DNA of 64,000 bases from an uncultured delta proteobacterium (lineage in GTDB: Bacteria > Desulfobacterota > Binatia > UBA9968), in assembly GCA_963737905.1 (NCBI GenBank), contig CAVTUQ010000037.1, forward strand, positions 189,164 to 253,163, written 5' to 3'. Positions 1 to 11,247 of the stretch are shown in pieces. The first letter of the stretch is position 1. Every line of letters begins with the position of its first letter. The position numbers and the translations under genes were made by a program. The notes under the pieces were generated by a model. The model searched no databases and was not told where the DNA came from. It saw only the letters and a list, made by a program, of their open reading frames with translations.

Positions 1-406
1 TTCTCCTTCAAAATAGTAGCGGCTGGTGAAGCTGACTCGATCTAAAAGATCTGCGGCTTTGTAGGCGATAAAATAAAACGTTCCATCCTTTTGTACGACA
101 CGCGTCGCCAGCATAGACTACCCTCCCTCTGGGCGATTATAAATCCCTCGCTTGGCCTTTTGCCACTAAAAAGAACCCGCAGCGACCGCAAACAAAACCC
201 TTTAGCATTCACCCCTTGAGAGAAAATAAGTTGGGCTCGAGCCGGACCAAGTGACGGCGGCTCCAAACGAGCAAACCGGGCGAGCCATGACCCCTATTGG
301 ACTAAAGTCCAATAGGCACATGGACCTCTTTCAGGCTATTTTCATCCCCAAAAGCGACACACGAGAAATTCACATCTGTTTGTGGTATCTTTACTTGGAT
401 ATCCCG

Positions 407-3400
407 ATGGCCAGCAAACCGGTTTCTTTCGATCTGACGCAGGCGCTTTCATTTGCCTCCCGTCTTTTTTCTTTTGTCAACAAGAAGCGACTCCAATTCT
501 GGCTCTGGCTGGTCCTGATTGTCTTGATTTTGGTTGCTTGCGCTTACATCGAGTTTCAAACCTCGCTCCTACAATCGTGGTTCTTTACTCGCACCAATGA
601 GCAACTTTCCTATCAATTAACAAAGGGGCGTAGTGACGCCATCGCCTTTCCGCGCTCTGCTCCTTTTGATGACCGTAGGGGCTATTCAAAGCTACCCGGC
701 TTTCAGTCCCGCCTTGAGGCCCAGGGATATCAGGTTACACAGCAGGCGCGACAATCGGAGCAGATGGTGAAGCTTATTAAGCGGGGAATCTCACCCCCCT
801 ACGTGGAACCGCCAGAAACCGGTCTCGATATCCGTGGCGCTGACGGCTTGTCTCTTTTTCGCCATGCTCAATCAGAGTTTTTGTTCGCCAAGATGGACGA
901 CATTCCTCCCTTGCTGGTGAAAACGCTCCTTTTCCTCGAAAACCGGGATCTCGACCACCCTGCTTCCCCATGGCAGAATCCCGCCATCGAGTGGGACCGT
1001 CTATTCAAGGCCGCAGTGTTCTATATCGCTTCCAAACTTTACATCGAAGTGCCGGTACAGGGTGGCAGCACTCTCGCGGTACAATTGGAGAAGTTTCGCC
1101 ATTCGCCCAAAGGGCGCACAGAATCACCCGTTGAAAAATACCGCCAGCTTGTTGGCGCAAGCCTGAAGGCCTACCGCGAAGGGTGGAATACTCGCGCGTG
1201 GAGAGAACGGATCGTTGTCGATTATTTCAATACCGTTCCGCTGGCGGCGGCGCCGAGCTACGGCGAAATTCACGGCCTGGGCGAGGGACTCTTCGCTTGG
1301 TTCGGCATGCAGTTGACCGACGTTGTCAGCGCGCTGAAGGCTCCCGGACTGACTCCCGCTAAAGTGCGTGCTTTCAAGCATTCCCTGGCATTGCTTATTT
1401 CAGTACGCGCGCCATCCGTTTTCCTGGTGGATGAGCGAGCTTCGCTGGAAGAAAAGGTAGACCAGTTTACCCGGTTGATGGCGCGATCGGGAATCATCGA
1501 TGGGGATTTCGCCGCCGCATTGCAGGAGACCCCGATCAAGTTCATCCCCGCAGCACCGCTGCCGCCTCAACCTTCCTCGGGCAAAAACAAGGCGGCTAAC
1601 GCCATTCGCACGACCATGATGGAGTCCCTGGGTACCAATAATGTTTACGATCTGAATCGTTTCCATTTGGAGGTTCAGAGCACCATCGATGTCCCGTTGC
1701 AGAAAGCGATAACCGATTTCCTCCACAGTTTGGCGAATCCGGAAGTGATCAAAGCCCGGGGATTGAACGGCGAGCGACTTCTCGAGAACGCCGATCCTAA
1801 AAAAGTAATTTATTCTTTCCTATTGGTGGAGCCCACTCCGGAAGGAAACCTCGTACGGGTACAGGCGGACAATCTTGCCGCGCCGTTTGATTTCAATAAG
1901 AGCGTCAAACTGGAACTCGGCAGTACCGCCAAGCTGCGCACACTCACGCACTATCTTGAACTCATCGCGCGCGCTGCACAAAGAGCTTGCGACCTTGGAT
2001 GCCGACGGTCTGAAGACGAAAGCTCAGCAAGCGCGCGATCCACTGACCAAGTGGGCTGTTGAGACTTTGCAGAAGGAAAAGAACCTCACTCTGGAAGCCT
2101 TTCTCGATCTCGCCATGGAGCGCAAATACTCGGCCAGCCCCTGGGAAACTTTTTTCACCGGCGGCGGCATTCACCATTTCGAAAACTTCGAACCCGAAGA
2201 TAACAAGCGCAACCTTGAGCTGCGGGATGCGTTCCGCAACTCAACGAATCTCGTATTCATCCGTTTGATGCGCGACATCGTGAGCTATCATCGCGCGCGC
2301 TTGCAGTACAACTCCGATGCCGTCCTTTCCGATCCGACAAACCCGGACCGTAAACGCATGCTTCAGGAGATCGCCGAAGAAGAATCCCGCACTGTTATTG
2401 CGTCGAGCCTATCAAGCCTATCACGGGCAGACCGAACAACAGATCATTGCTCGATTGCTGGAGACGAAAAAGAACGCAGAGCGGCGACTGGCTATCCTCT
2501 TTTTCGCCTGGCGAATCGGCACTGATGAGCAAGCATTGGCGGCTTGGCTGGAACAGAACCAGATAAAAATTAAGGAACAAGACTTATCCAAGTTGTTCCG
2601 CGCTTACCAAAACCCCCGTTTGACCCTGGTGGACTATGCTTATCTTCTTTCGCTCCACCCGCTGGATCTCTGGTGTGCCAGCGAATATCGGAGAAATCCC
2701 GAGCTGTCATGGGAGAAACTCGTCGCCGACAGCAGCGATGCCCGGCGCCAGGGTTCTGCATGGCTCCTCAACCCGCACAACCGAAGGGCCCAGGACCTCC
2801 GCCTGCGTATCATCATGGAGAAGGATGCCTTTACCCGGATGCTGCCCTACTGGCAACGGCTGGGCTTTCCGTTCAAAACTATGGTGCCTTCCTACGCAAC
2901 AGCGATTGGTAACTCCTCAGATCGACCCGTGGCTTTGGCTGAGTTAATCGGGATCTTGGTAAACGATGGCGTGCGGCGGCCCAATACGGAGCTGAGCAAC
3001 ATTCATTTCGCCCGCGGTACGCCCTACGAGACGGTCTTCGAGCGGAAGACAGAGCCAGGACAGCAAGTGCTTGTCCCGGAAGTGGCCCGGGTCGTGAGAA
3101 AAACGATGGCCGCTGTGGTGGAGAGCGGAACCGCACGGCGACTCGCTGGTGTCTTTCGACTGCCCGACGGGAAGCTGATCACGGTCGGAGGAAAAACCGG
3201 TTCCGGTGACAACCGAATTAAGACCTTTAATCGATGGGGCAACGTAACCTCTTCGCGGGCGACCAATAGAACCGCCGCTTTCGTTTTTTATATAGGCGAT
3301 CGCTACTTTGGCGTCATCACCGCGTATGTGCAGGGACGTGAAGCCGAGCACTATCACTTCACCAGCTCGCTACCGGTAACACTTCTCAAGTTACTCGCGC

Positions 3401-3564
3401 CGACCATCATCGCAAAACTGGACAAGAATGGGGTCCAACACCCTGCGACCCCCAGCGAAGCAATTCAGAGCGAGGTGGATGCTCGCAAGATCGATTTCAA
3501 ACCTTTGAACTCCCCATCTGAAATCACAGGCCGCCAGGCCTCGGGCATGTCCAAGGGTCAGTGA
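407..3564 (+). CDS. Large class A penicillin-binding protein (transglycosylase + transpeptidase); split by ~2 frameshifts
   Basis: Three overlapping ORFs (251..2062, 1875..2525, 2317..3564) join into one protein: N-terminal TM anchor, GT51-like motifs (LLFLENR, GGSTLAVQLEK), transpeptidase motifs SxxK (STAK), SxN (STN) and KTG. Start ATG 407 is inferred. Confidence 0.85.
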
Positions 3565-3609
3565 TATCATCTAAATCTGTCATCTGACGATTCTGACGCG
3601 CAACGAGGA

Positions 3610-4299
3610 TCAAGTACCACGACGATTACCGAACAGCTCGATGTGGAGCCGTGGCGTGTAGCCGAAGCCGTACTCTTTGCACAGCTCGATGATCCACTTT
3701 ATTTTATTCCGTAGCTCTCTCATCGTCTTGCCCTGCCCCATGATCAAGACCCGAGAGCGGTCCACGTCTTCCAAGCGGCCAAGAATCTCTTGGATCTCAT
3801 CGAAATCCTCCCTCTGATCCACCACAAACTTTAGCTGGTAGTCGTAACCATCGATGAATTGCCGCATCACCTCGAAGTTGAGCCGCGCCGTCTCATGCAT
3901 TTTCGCGAATGTACCCTTGGCTCGTTGCCAAGGCGTAGAATGAGCGAGCTTTGGGCTCATGGAAACGAGATCACAGGTCACCGGCTTGAACAGGGTCGCC
4001 GCAGTTTCAATGGTGATGTGAGCTCCCAAGGCTTTGAGCTGCGCCGTCAGCTCTTCAATTTCTGCCGCCAGAAGCGGTTCACCTCCCGTCACCACAACGG
4101 GCCGACCCGCGTACTTTGCCACCTCATTCAGAATTTCCCCGACGCTCCACTTTCTTCCCTCAGGTGCCCATGACGTATAGGGTGTATCGCACCAGACACA
4201 GCGCAAGTTGCAACCCGACGTGCGGATAAAAACCGAAGGCATGCCGACGAACCTGCCTTCGCCCTGTATGGAATAGAAGATTTCCGCAATCTGCACCAA
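3610..4299 (-). CDS. queE: 7-carboxy-7-deazaguanine synthase (radical SAM)
   Basis: EIFYSIQGEG, CNLRCVWCDT (CxxxCxxC), TGGEP, SPKL and PRLH motifs. Confidence 0.92.
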   Translation of the reverse strand: MVQIAEIFYSIQGEGRFVGMPSVFIRTSGCNLRCVWCDTPYTSWAPEGRKWSVGEILNEVAKYAGRPVVVTGGEPLLAAEIEELTAQLKALGAHITIETAATLFKPVTCDLVSMSPKLAHSTPWQRAKGTFAKMHETARLNFEVMRQFIDGYDYQLKFVVDQREDFDEIQEILGRLEDVDRSRVLIMGQGKTMRELRNKIKWIIELCKEYGFGYTPRLHIELFGNRRGT

Positions 4300-4428
4300 A
4301 CCAACATTAACAAAGCCTTGACCGCTAAGAAAGGCGACCCGTCGAGCCGGACCGAAGTTGATTCTCGACCTCTAGCTTTGCTTGTGATAAATGTAAAAGG
4401 TTGGAATCTTTTGGAAACAACTCGATCG

Positions 4429-4671
4429 ATGAACGCAAATAAGGAAGCGCTACTGGCAGAGGAACGGAAACTTCGCAGGCTGAGCCGGGCCATGGACATC
4501 GCAGCGATATTGCTCTGGGAGGTCGATCTCACTTTGGAGGAAGCCCAGGAGATCGTAAACCACGCGAAGCACACCGCGCTTCAACTGTTTCCGGACAAAG
4601 AAGCGACCTTTGATTTGATCTACGGTCCTCGTTTCCGGCGCATCCTGGCGGAAAAATATCGCCTGCAATAG
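4429..4671 (+). CDS. Small conserved hypothetical helical protein
   Basis: 80 aa from ATG 4429, protein-like composition with LFPDKEATFDLIYGPRFRR; lies between queE and uvrA. Confidence 0.7.
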   Translation: MNANKEALLAEERKLRRLSRAMDIAAILLWEVDLTLEEAQEIVNHAKHTALQLFPDKEATFDLIYGPRFRRILAEKYRLQ

Positions 4672-4744
4672 AGCTTTAAACTAAGTTATGAGTGATTTTA
4701 ACGATACGATGAATAATGCGCTTCTGAAAAACCTTCATGGAAGG

Positions 4745-4863
4745 GCGGTCAAAAAGGCCTCAGATGCAAGGCGCGCGATGATCGACAAGCGGAGGCGTAC
4801 GTAAAATAGTACGTTGGAGCGAGTCGGGCAAGCGCAACGAAGCAGATGGGCCTTTTTCAGCGG
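4745..4863. repeat. REP/MITE-like palindromic element upstream of uvrA
   Basis: Terminal inverted repeats AAAAAGGCC (4751-4759) / GGCCTTTTT (4849-4857) and a central CGTAC-N8-GTACG. Resembles multicopy palindromic elements of deltaproteobacterial genomes. Confidence 0.65.
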
Positions 4864-4872
4864 ACTTGAGTC

Positions 4873-7800
4873 ATGAGCCAGAACTGGATCGATATCCGGG
4901 GCGCCAAACAAAACAATCTCAAGAATCTTGACTTGCAAATACCCCTGAACGCTCTGACGGTCATCACCGGCGTGAGCGGGTCAGGAAAATCGACCTTGGC
5001 CTTCGACATTCTCTATGCGGAGGGTCAGCGACGGTACGTCGAAAGCTTTTCCGCCTACGCGCGGCAGTTTCTCGACCGGATGGACAAGCCCGATGTGGAG
5101 AGCATTGAGGGCATTCCGCCGACCATCGCCATCGATCAGAGCCGGCCGGTCAGAACTTCGCGCTCCACCGTCGGCACGATGACCGAGCTCCACGATCATT
5201 TCAAGCTGCTTTTCTCCAAGATCGCCGTGCTCCATTGCCGCGGCTGCGACCGAATCGTCGAGCGCGACAGCGCTCAAACGGTTTTGGCGAAACTTTCTTC
5301 TCTACCGGAAGCCACGCCCATCGTTGTCACGTTTCCGCTCGCTCCTTCTTCCCTGCCGTGGGACGAAGTAAAAAGCGGTCTACAGCAAGCCGGCTTTCAT
5401 CGGCTGCTCATGGAGCGAGATATCCATGATCTCATTGAAATCGGCGTAGCGCCGCCGAGCGATGCAACGTTGGAAGTTATCGCGGATCGAGTCGCCTATC
5501 GTCCCGGCAACAAGAAGAGAATTTCTGATTCTTTGGAGCAAGCCTTTCACTACGGCAAGGGAAGGTTGAATCTTTTCTTCCCGCAAGAAAATTGGCGGCG
5601 GGAGCCCATCAGCAACCATCTCCATTGCCCACACTGTGACATCTCTTATCGTGATCCTGTGGCTAATCTTTTTTCGTTTAACAGCCCATTGGGCGCTTGC
5701 GAAACCTGTCGCGGGTTTGGCCGGGTCATCGATATCGATTTGGATTTAGTCATTCCGGATCCCGGCAAGTCCCTGAACGAAGGCGCCATCAAGCCGTGGA
5801 TCAATCGCACCCGTAGAACTCGCCGGCTGTTGGATTTCTGCGACCGCAAACGGATCCCCACCAAGAAGCCGTTCGGGGACCTTACCGAGAAGCAAAAGCA
5901 GCTGATCCTGGAGGGCGACGGCGACTACAAGGGGATTCGGGGCTGGTTTCGCCGTCTTGAGCGCAAGAGTTATCGCATGCATGTGCGGGTGCTGCTGTCG
6001 CGCTACCGCGCCTATCTTCTCTGTCCCGACTGTCAGGGCAGCCGTCTCAAACCAGACGCGCTTCAGTATCGGATCGAAGGCAAGGATGTCGCGCAAGTCA
6101 ACGCCATGAATGTCGGTGAGGCTCACCGCTTTTTTACCCAACTCAAGCCGGCCGGAGCTAAAGATCAAATCGCGAGCCTGATTCTCGACGAGATTCGCCG
6201 GCGTCTCAGTTATCTTGTCGGGGTCGGCCTTGAATACTTGACGTTGGACCGCCAGTCGCGGACGCTCTCCGGCGGCGAGTTGGAGCGAGTCGACCTCACC
6301 ACCGCCATCGGTTCATCATTGGTCAACACGTTGTATGTGCTGGATGAGCCCTCCATCGGGCTCCATCCCCGCGATAGCCGCCGGCTGGTGGAGATCCTCC
6401 ATCGTCTGCGAGCGAATCAAAACACCGTCGTCGTGGTGGAGCACGATCCCGAGATCATCAAAGAAAGCGACTACATCATCGACCTCGGCCCCAAAGCAGG
6501 CGAGCAGGGCGGGCAAGTGATGTTCGCCGGCTCCTACCATGATCTTCTGAAGAACGAAGAATCGCTAACCGCGGCTTACCTGAGCCAACGCAAGATGATC
6601 CCGTTCCCTTCCCGCAACCGTAAGCAGCTCTTGCAACGGTCCATCAAGATCACCGGCGCGCATGCGAACAACCTGAAGAATATCGACGTCGAGATTCCGC
6701 TGGGTGTTTTTGTCTGCATTACGGGTGTTTCAGGATCGGGGAAGTCGAGCCTCGTCGATGAAGTCCTTCACCGGAATCTGAAAAAACTCAAGGAAGCTCC
6801 CTCCGCAAATATCGTTCACTGTGCGAAAATTGAAGGGGTGGACAAGATCTCCGAGGTCGTCTTGGTCGATCAGTCACCGGTAGGGACCACGCCGAGGTCT
6901 AATCCGGTGACGTACATGAAGGTCTTCGACGCCATCCGCAGGCTCTTCGCCATCGCCGACCTCTCGCGCATGCGCGGTTACACGCCATCGACCTTTTCTT
7001 TCAATGTAGAAGGCGGACGGTGCGAAACCTGCCGCGGCGAGGGTTTTGAAAAAATTGAGATGCAATTCCTCTCGGACGTCTACACATCCTGTCCGGAGTG
7101 TCACGGCAGCCGGTACCGTGAAGAAGTTCTCGAAGTCACCTACCGAGGCAAAAACATCCGACGGATCTTAGATCTCACGGTCTCCGAAGCTATGGAGTTC
7201 TTCAAGGACCTGCCTGAAATAAAGGAAGGGCTCTATCCGCTGCGCGCCGTGGGGCTCGAATATGTTCGGCTCGGACAGCCCCTCACGACACTGTCCGGCG
7301 GAGAATCGCAGCGGTTGAAATTGGCCGCGCACATGGCCAAGGCCAAGAAGGCCGGAACGCTTTTCGTTTTCGATGAGCCTACCACTGGTTTACATTTCCA
7401 CGACATCGACCGGCTGCTTTGGGCGTTCAATGAATTGATCGATCAAGGCCACTCCGTCGTCGTCATCGAACATAACTTGGAAGTGGTCAAGTGCGCCGAT
7501 CACATCATCGACCTTGGGCCGGAAGGGGGCGACGGCGGAGGCTGCATCGTCGCCACCGGTACTCCGGAGCAAATTTCACGCGTCGAAAGCTCTCACACCG
7601 GCGTTTATCTACGGCCTTATCTAAAAAAAGCAGCCCCCTCTCCTTTCACGCCGCTGCTTGAAAAGCGTTCAAGGATTCAAGAGTTCAGGGGCTCAACGGC
7701 AGAGAACGCCATTACGATCGTCGGCGCCAAGGAGCACAATCTCAAGAATATCAGCCTCGCCATTCCCCGAGACCGTTTCGTGGTCATCACCGGCTTGAGC

Positions 7801-10554
7801 GGCTCGGGGAAATCCTCGCTGGCGTTCGACATCATCTACGCGGAAGGACAGCGGCGTTACATCGACAGCCTTTCCGCTTATGCGCGGCAGTTTCTTCAGA
7901 TCATGGCGAAGCCTAATGTCGATCTGCTCGCCGGTATACCCCCGACGGTCGCTATCGAGCAAAGGCTCAGCCAAGGCGGCAAGAAATCGACCGTTGCCAC
8001 GGTGACGGAGATCTATCACTACCTGCGGCTGCTCTACTCCAAAGTCGGAAAACAGCACTGCGTTCAATGCGGCCGGCAAATTCGGTCTCTCAGTCGCAGC
8101 CAAATCTTCGATCGCATCGGTCGTTCCTATCGCGGCAAAGAGGTGATGATCTTGAGCCCCATCGTGCGCGGGCGCAAAGGTTTCCACAAAGAAGTCATCG
8201 CCGGCGCGCGACGGTTGGGTTATCGCAGGGCGCGTATCGACGGCGAGCTGCTCGATCTCAGGGCGCCTCAGCTTACCCAGGGTTTGGAGCGGTTTAAGGA
8301 GCATGACATCGACATCGTGATCGGCAAAGCGAAAGCGGGCGGACGCGATGTTGAGGCGCTGGTGGATCAGGGGCTCCGCATTGGGAACGGCGTGATTCAT
8401 CTCATATCCGAGCGGGGTGAGCAAATCTTCAATCAGCGCCTTTTCTGTCTCCGGTGCGGCATCGGCTATGAGCCCCTCGATCCGCGGCTGTTCTCTTTCA
8501 ACAGCCGGCAAGGGGCTTGTTCAGAATGCGGCGGCATGGGCTTTCAATGGGACTTCGATCCTGGACTGCTCTTCGCCAATCCGCGGCAGTCGGTCAGCGA
8601 AACTTTAAACGGCATTTCCGCTTTCACCTCAGAAAATGGAACCAGCCTGCGCCGCTCTATGGAGCGTCTTCTGAAAGAATTGGCGGAAAAGCACAACATC
8701 GATATCGATAAGCCTTTCGGACGCCTGGCCAAGAAAACGCAAGAACAAGTGCTCTACGGCACCAGTGGCCGTTCCGGATTTGTCGGCTTCATCCCTCATC
8801 TGCGAGAGCTATGGCAGAATGGCGAAAAAGACGGAAACCAGGATCTCGCAGAGCTTTTGAGCGAATCTCCCTGCGATAGTTGCCATGGGAGAAGACTCAA
8901 TTCACGGGCTCAAGCCGTGCGCGTGGACGGTAAGTCGATTTGGCAGCTCACGGCGCTGTCGGTACAGGAGTCCAAAGACTATTTCGACTCATTGCAGCTC
9001 GCCTACGCCGATAATGGCGCTGCGGAACGCGACCGCGCGGTGGCGGACAAGATTCTTAAAGAAATCCAACAACGACTCACGTTCCTCTCGGAAGTCGGTT
9101 TGCCTTATCTGACCCTCGACCGCCGTGCGGACACGCTGTCCGGCGGTGAGGCGCAGCGCATTCGGCTTGCAGCGCAACTTGGATCGAATCTCCGCGGCGT
9201 CTGCTACATCTTGGACGAACCTACGATCGGTCTTCACCCGCGCGACAACGCCATGCTGCTGCGCACCCTGCGCCGGCTCGGGGCAGTCGGTAACAGCGTG
9301 TTGGTGGTCGAGCACGACGAGGCAACGATTGAATCCGCCGATCTCATCGTCGACCTCGGACCGGGCGCGGGTGTTCGCGGCGGGAACGTTGTTTCTATCG
9401 GATCGCCCACGGAGATCAGGAACAACCCCAATTCTCTTACGGGAATGTTTCTCAAAGCGGAGCGCAAGCGGCTCGGCCCGACGCGTGAACTTAGTAACAC
9501 TAATTGGCTCACCATCCGAGAAGCAAAAGCTAACAATCTCAAAAACGTCGACGTGCGCTTGCCGCTCGGCATGTGGACCTGTGTCACGGGGATCTCCGGG
9601 TCAGGAAAAAGCACTTTGGTCAAGGAAATCCTTTACAAGGGCCTGAAGACAAAGATCGGCCAATTCGCCGGACGGCCGGGCGCGCACAGGGAGATTATCG
9701 GCTGGCAGTCGCTGGAACGAATCGTCGAGGTCGATCAAACCCCCATCGGCAAAACTCCCCGTTCTGTCCCGGCCTCTTATGTCGGCTTGTTGGACGAGAT
9801 CCGCAAACTTTACGCGCTCGCGCCGGAGTCTCGGCTGCGAGGCTACACCTCGAGCCGATTTTCATTCAACGTCCGAGGCGGGCGTTGCGAGGAATGCGCG
9901 GGCCAGGGAAAAATTCGCAAAGAGATGAGTTTCTTGCCGGATGTCTTCGTGGATTGCGAGGTCTGCGGCGGCCAGCGGTTCAATGAAGAGACGCTCAGCA
10001 TTCGTTACAATGATAAAAATATCGCCGATGTTTTCCACATGACCGTAGAAGAGGCCGTGCCGTTCTTCCACGCCATTCCAAAAGTCGCCCGGCCACTCAA
10101 GATCCTCGATGACATCGGCATGGGCTACATCACACTCGGGCAGGCCAGCAACACGCTATCCGGGGGTGAAGCGCAGAGAATCAAGCTTGCCTATGAGTTG
10201 GGCAAGGAGTCCCATGGGAAAACCCTCTACGTTTTGGATGAGCCCACCACAGGGCTCCACTTTGTCGACGTGGAGAAACTGATTCACATTCTTCATCGTC
10301 TGGTGGAAATGGGCAACACGGTTGTCACCATCGAGCACAACCTCGACATCGTAAAGGACGCGGATTATCTAATCGACCTGGGACCTGAAGGTGGCGAACA
10401 AGGCGGCTACGTCGTCGCCTGCGGCCCGCCCTTGGAAGTTGCCAAAGATGGTAAGCAATCCCATACGGCTCGATTTCTCCGGGAGTACCTCAATGGCGGG
10501 CCGGCGAAATCATCCGGCGACGTTACGACGGTACATCATGAAGAAGTAGCATAG
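4873..10554 (+). CDS. uvrA: Excinuclease ABC subunit A, tandem-duplicated (two UvrA units, four ABC ATPase modules)
   Basis: 1893 aa uninterrupted ORF with four Walker A (GxSGSGKS), four LSGGE signatures, four DEP Walker B and repeated CxxC zinc fingers. Confidence 0.96.
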   Translation: MSQNWIDIRGAKQNNLKNLDLQIPLNALTVITGVSGSGKSTLAFDILYAEGQRRYVESFSAYARQFLDRMDKPDVESIEGIPPTIAIDQSRPVRTSRSTVGTMTELHDHFKLLFSKIAVLHCRGCDRIVERDSAQTVLAKLSSLPEATPIVVTFPLAPSSLPWDEVKSGLQQAGFHRLLMERDIHDLIEIGVAPPSDATLEVIADRVAYRPGNKKRISDSLEQAFHYGKGRLNLFFPQENWRREPISNHLHCPHCDISYRDPVANLFSFNSPLGACETCRGFGRVIDIDLDLVIPDPGKSLNEGAIKPWINRTRRTRRLLDFCDRKRIPTKKPFGDLTEKQKQLILEGDGDYKGIRGWFRRLERKSYRMHVRVLLSRYRAYLLCPDCQGSRLKPDALQYRIEGKDVAQVNAMNVGEAHRFFTQLKPAGAKDQIASLILDEIRRRLSYLVGVGLEYLTLDRQSRTLSGGELERVDLTTAIGSSLVNTLYVLDEPSIGLHPRDSRRLVEILHRLRANQNTVVVVEHDPEIIKESDYIIDLGPKAGEQGGQVMFAGSYHDLLKNEESLTAAYLSQRKMIPFPSRNRKQLLQRSIKITGAHANNLKNIDVEIPLGVFVCITGVSGSGKSSLVDEVLHRNLKKLKEAPSANIVHCAKIEGVDKISEVVLVDQSPVGTTPRSNPVTYMKVFDAIRRLFAIADLSRMRGYTPSTFSFNVEGGRCETCRGEGFEKIEMQFLSDVYTSCPECHGSRYREEVLEVTYRGKNIRRILDLTVSEAMEFFKDLPEIKEGLYPLRAVGLEYVRLGQPLTTLSGGESQRLKLAAHMAKAKKAGTLFVFDEPTTGLHFHDIDRLLWAFNELIDQGHSVVVIEHNLEVVKCADHIIDLGPEGGDGGGCIVATGTPEQISRVESSHTGVYLRPYLKKAAPSPFTPLLEKRSRIQEFRGSTAENAITIVGAKEHNLKNISLAIPRDRFVVITGLSGSGKSSLAFDIIYAEGQRRYIDSLSAYARQFLQIMAKPNVDLLAGIPPTVAIEQRLSQGGKKSTVATVTEIYHYLRLLYSKVGKQHCVQCGRQIRSLSRSQIFDRIGRSYRGKEVMILSPIVRGRKGFHKEVIAGARRLGYRRARIDGELLDLRAPQLTQGLERFKEHDIDIVIGKAKAGGRDVEALVDQGLRIGNGVIHLISERGEQIFNQRLFCLRCGIGYEPLDPRLFSFNSRQGACSECGGMGFQWDFDPGLLFANPRQSVSETLNGISAFTSENGTSLRRSMERLLKELAEKHNIDIDKPFGRLAKKTQEQVLYGTSGRSGFVGFIPHLRELWQNGEKDGNQDLAELLSESPCDSCHGRRLNSRAQAVRVDGKSIWQLTALSVQESKDYFDSLQLAYADNGAAERDRAVADKILKEIQQRLTFLSEVGLPYLTLDRRADTLSGGEAQRIRLAAQLGSNLRGVCYILDEPTIGLHPRDNAMLLRTLRRLGAVGNSVLVVEHDEATIESADLIVDLGPGAGVRGGNVVSIGSPTEIRNNPNSLTGMFLKAERKRLGPTRELSNTNWLTIREAKANNLKNVDVRLPLGMWTCVTGISGSGKSTLVKEILYKGLKTKIGQFAGRPGAHREIIGWQSLERIVEVDQTPIGKTPRSVPASYVGLLDEIRKLYALAPESRLRGYTSSRFSFNVRGGRCEECAGQGKIRKEMSFLPDVFVDCEVCGGQRFNEETLSIRYNDKNIADVFHMTVEEAVPFFHAIPKVARPLKILDDIGMGYITLGQASNTLSGGEAQRIKLAYELGKESHGKTLYVLDEPTTGLHFVDVEKLIHILHRLVEMGNTVVTIEHNLDIVKDADYLIDLGPEGGEQGGYVVACGPPLEVAKDGKQSHTARFLREYLNGGPAKSSGDVTTVHHEEVA
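7667..7698 (+). repeat. Four degenerate 8-mer repeats inside the uvrA inter-unit linker
   Basis: GTTCAAGG ATTCAAGA GTTCAGGG GCTCAACG. Confidence 0.5.
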
Positions 10555-10794
10555 CGGGGAATATTCATGAACCCAGGAAAAAGGCACCGCATACTGCAGA
10601 CCGAGGAACGAGCATCGGAGCGAGCGGGCACAGGAACGCAGTGCTCCACTGAGTTTTATGGGCTCAGCCATAAACTTGCCCTTCTTCATCACTCTCCGCT
10701 TCGCCATTCAATTTGCAGGCCTCCTCAAGGCACAGACCTATTGCCCGCGACCGGAGAGGCTTGCTCCTCGGTCACGTGAACAATGTAGGCTAGC

Positions 10795-11247
10795 ATGTCG
10801 AGCAAAATGCTATCGATGCTCGGCGCAGGCCTTCGGCTCAAGTGTCCACGCTGCGGCGTGGGTCCCTTGTATCGACGCCCTTTCTCTATGAATAGCCATT
10901 GCTTCCACTGTGGCCTGAAGTTCGAGCGCGAGCAGGGTTATTTCGTCGGCGCCATTTATATCAACTACGCAGCCACCGTGGCTATCGCGGTTCCAGGTTT
11001 TTTTCTTCTGGATACTTTCACTCATATGACGATTCACCGGCAGCTAGCCATCTGGGTTCCCTTCTCGGTGATCTTTCCGCTGTTATTTTTCCATCATTCA
11101 AGGAGCCTCTGGCTGGTGCTGGACCACCTATTCAACCCAGCAGCGAGTCTCTACCCCGTGCCGCCAAAGAAACCGGCTAGTCTTTCTTCCTCTGACAACG
11201 AATCGCCGCCTCTGCCCACGCGCCGAGCCGGTCGCCGTCCTCGATAA
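10795..11247 (+). CDS. DUF983-family zinc-ribbon membrane protein
   Basis: CPRCG...CFHCG followed by two TM segments; EQGYFVGAIY motif. Confidence 0.8.
   Translation: MSSKMLSMLGAGLRLKCPRCGVGPLYRRPFSMNSHCFHCGLKFEREQGYFVGAIYINYAATVAIAVPGFFLLDTFTHMTIHRQLAIWVPFSVIFPLLFFHHSRSLWLVLDHLFNPAASLYPVPPKKPASLSSSDNESPPLPTRRAGRRPR

Noticed and set aside
15-110. c-di-GMP-I (GEMM) riboswitch on the minus strand (CAAAGCCGCAGATCT)
   Set aside because: Only a fragment resembles the motif; the GGCAAA/GAAA-tetraloop stem is missing.
3610-4299. queE as part of a 7-deazaguanine DNA-modification (dpd) island
   Set aside because: No dpdA, queC, queD or folE nearby; an orphan housekeeping queE is more likely.
7693-8511. 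272 aa ORF antisense to uvrA
   Set aside because: Shadow ORF from codon bias, fully inside uvrA.
10567-10779. 70 aa ORF after uvrA
   Set aside because: No family motifs and overlaps small hairpins; not supportable as a gene.
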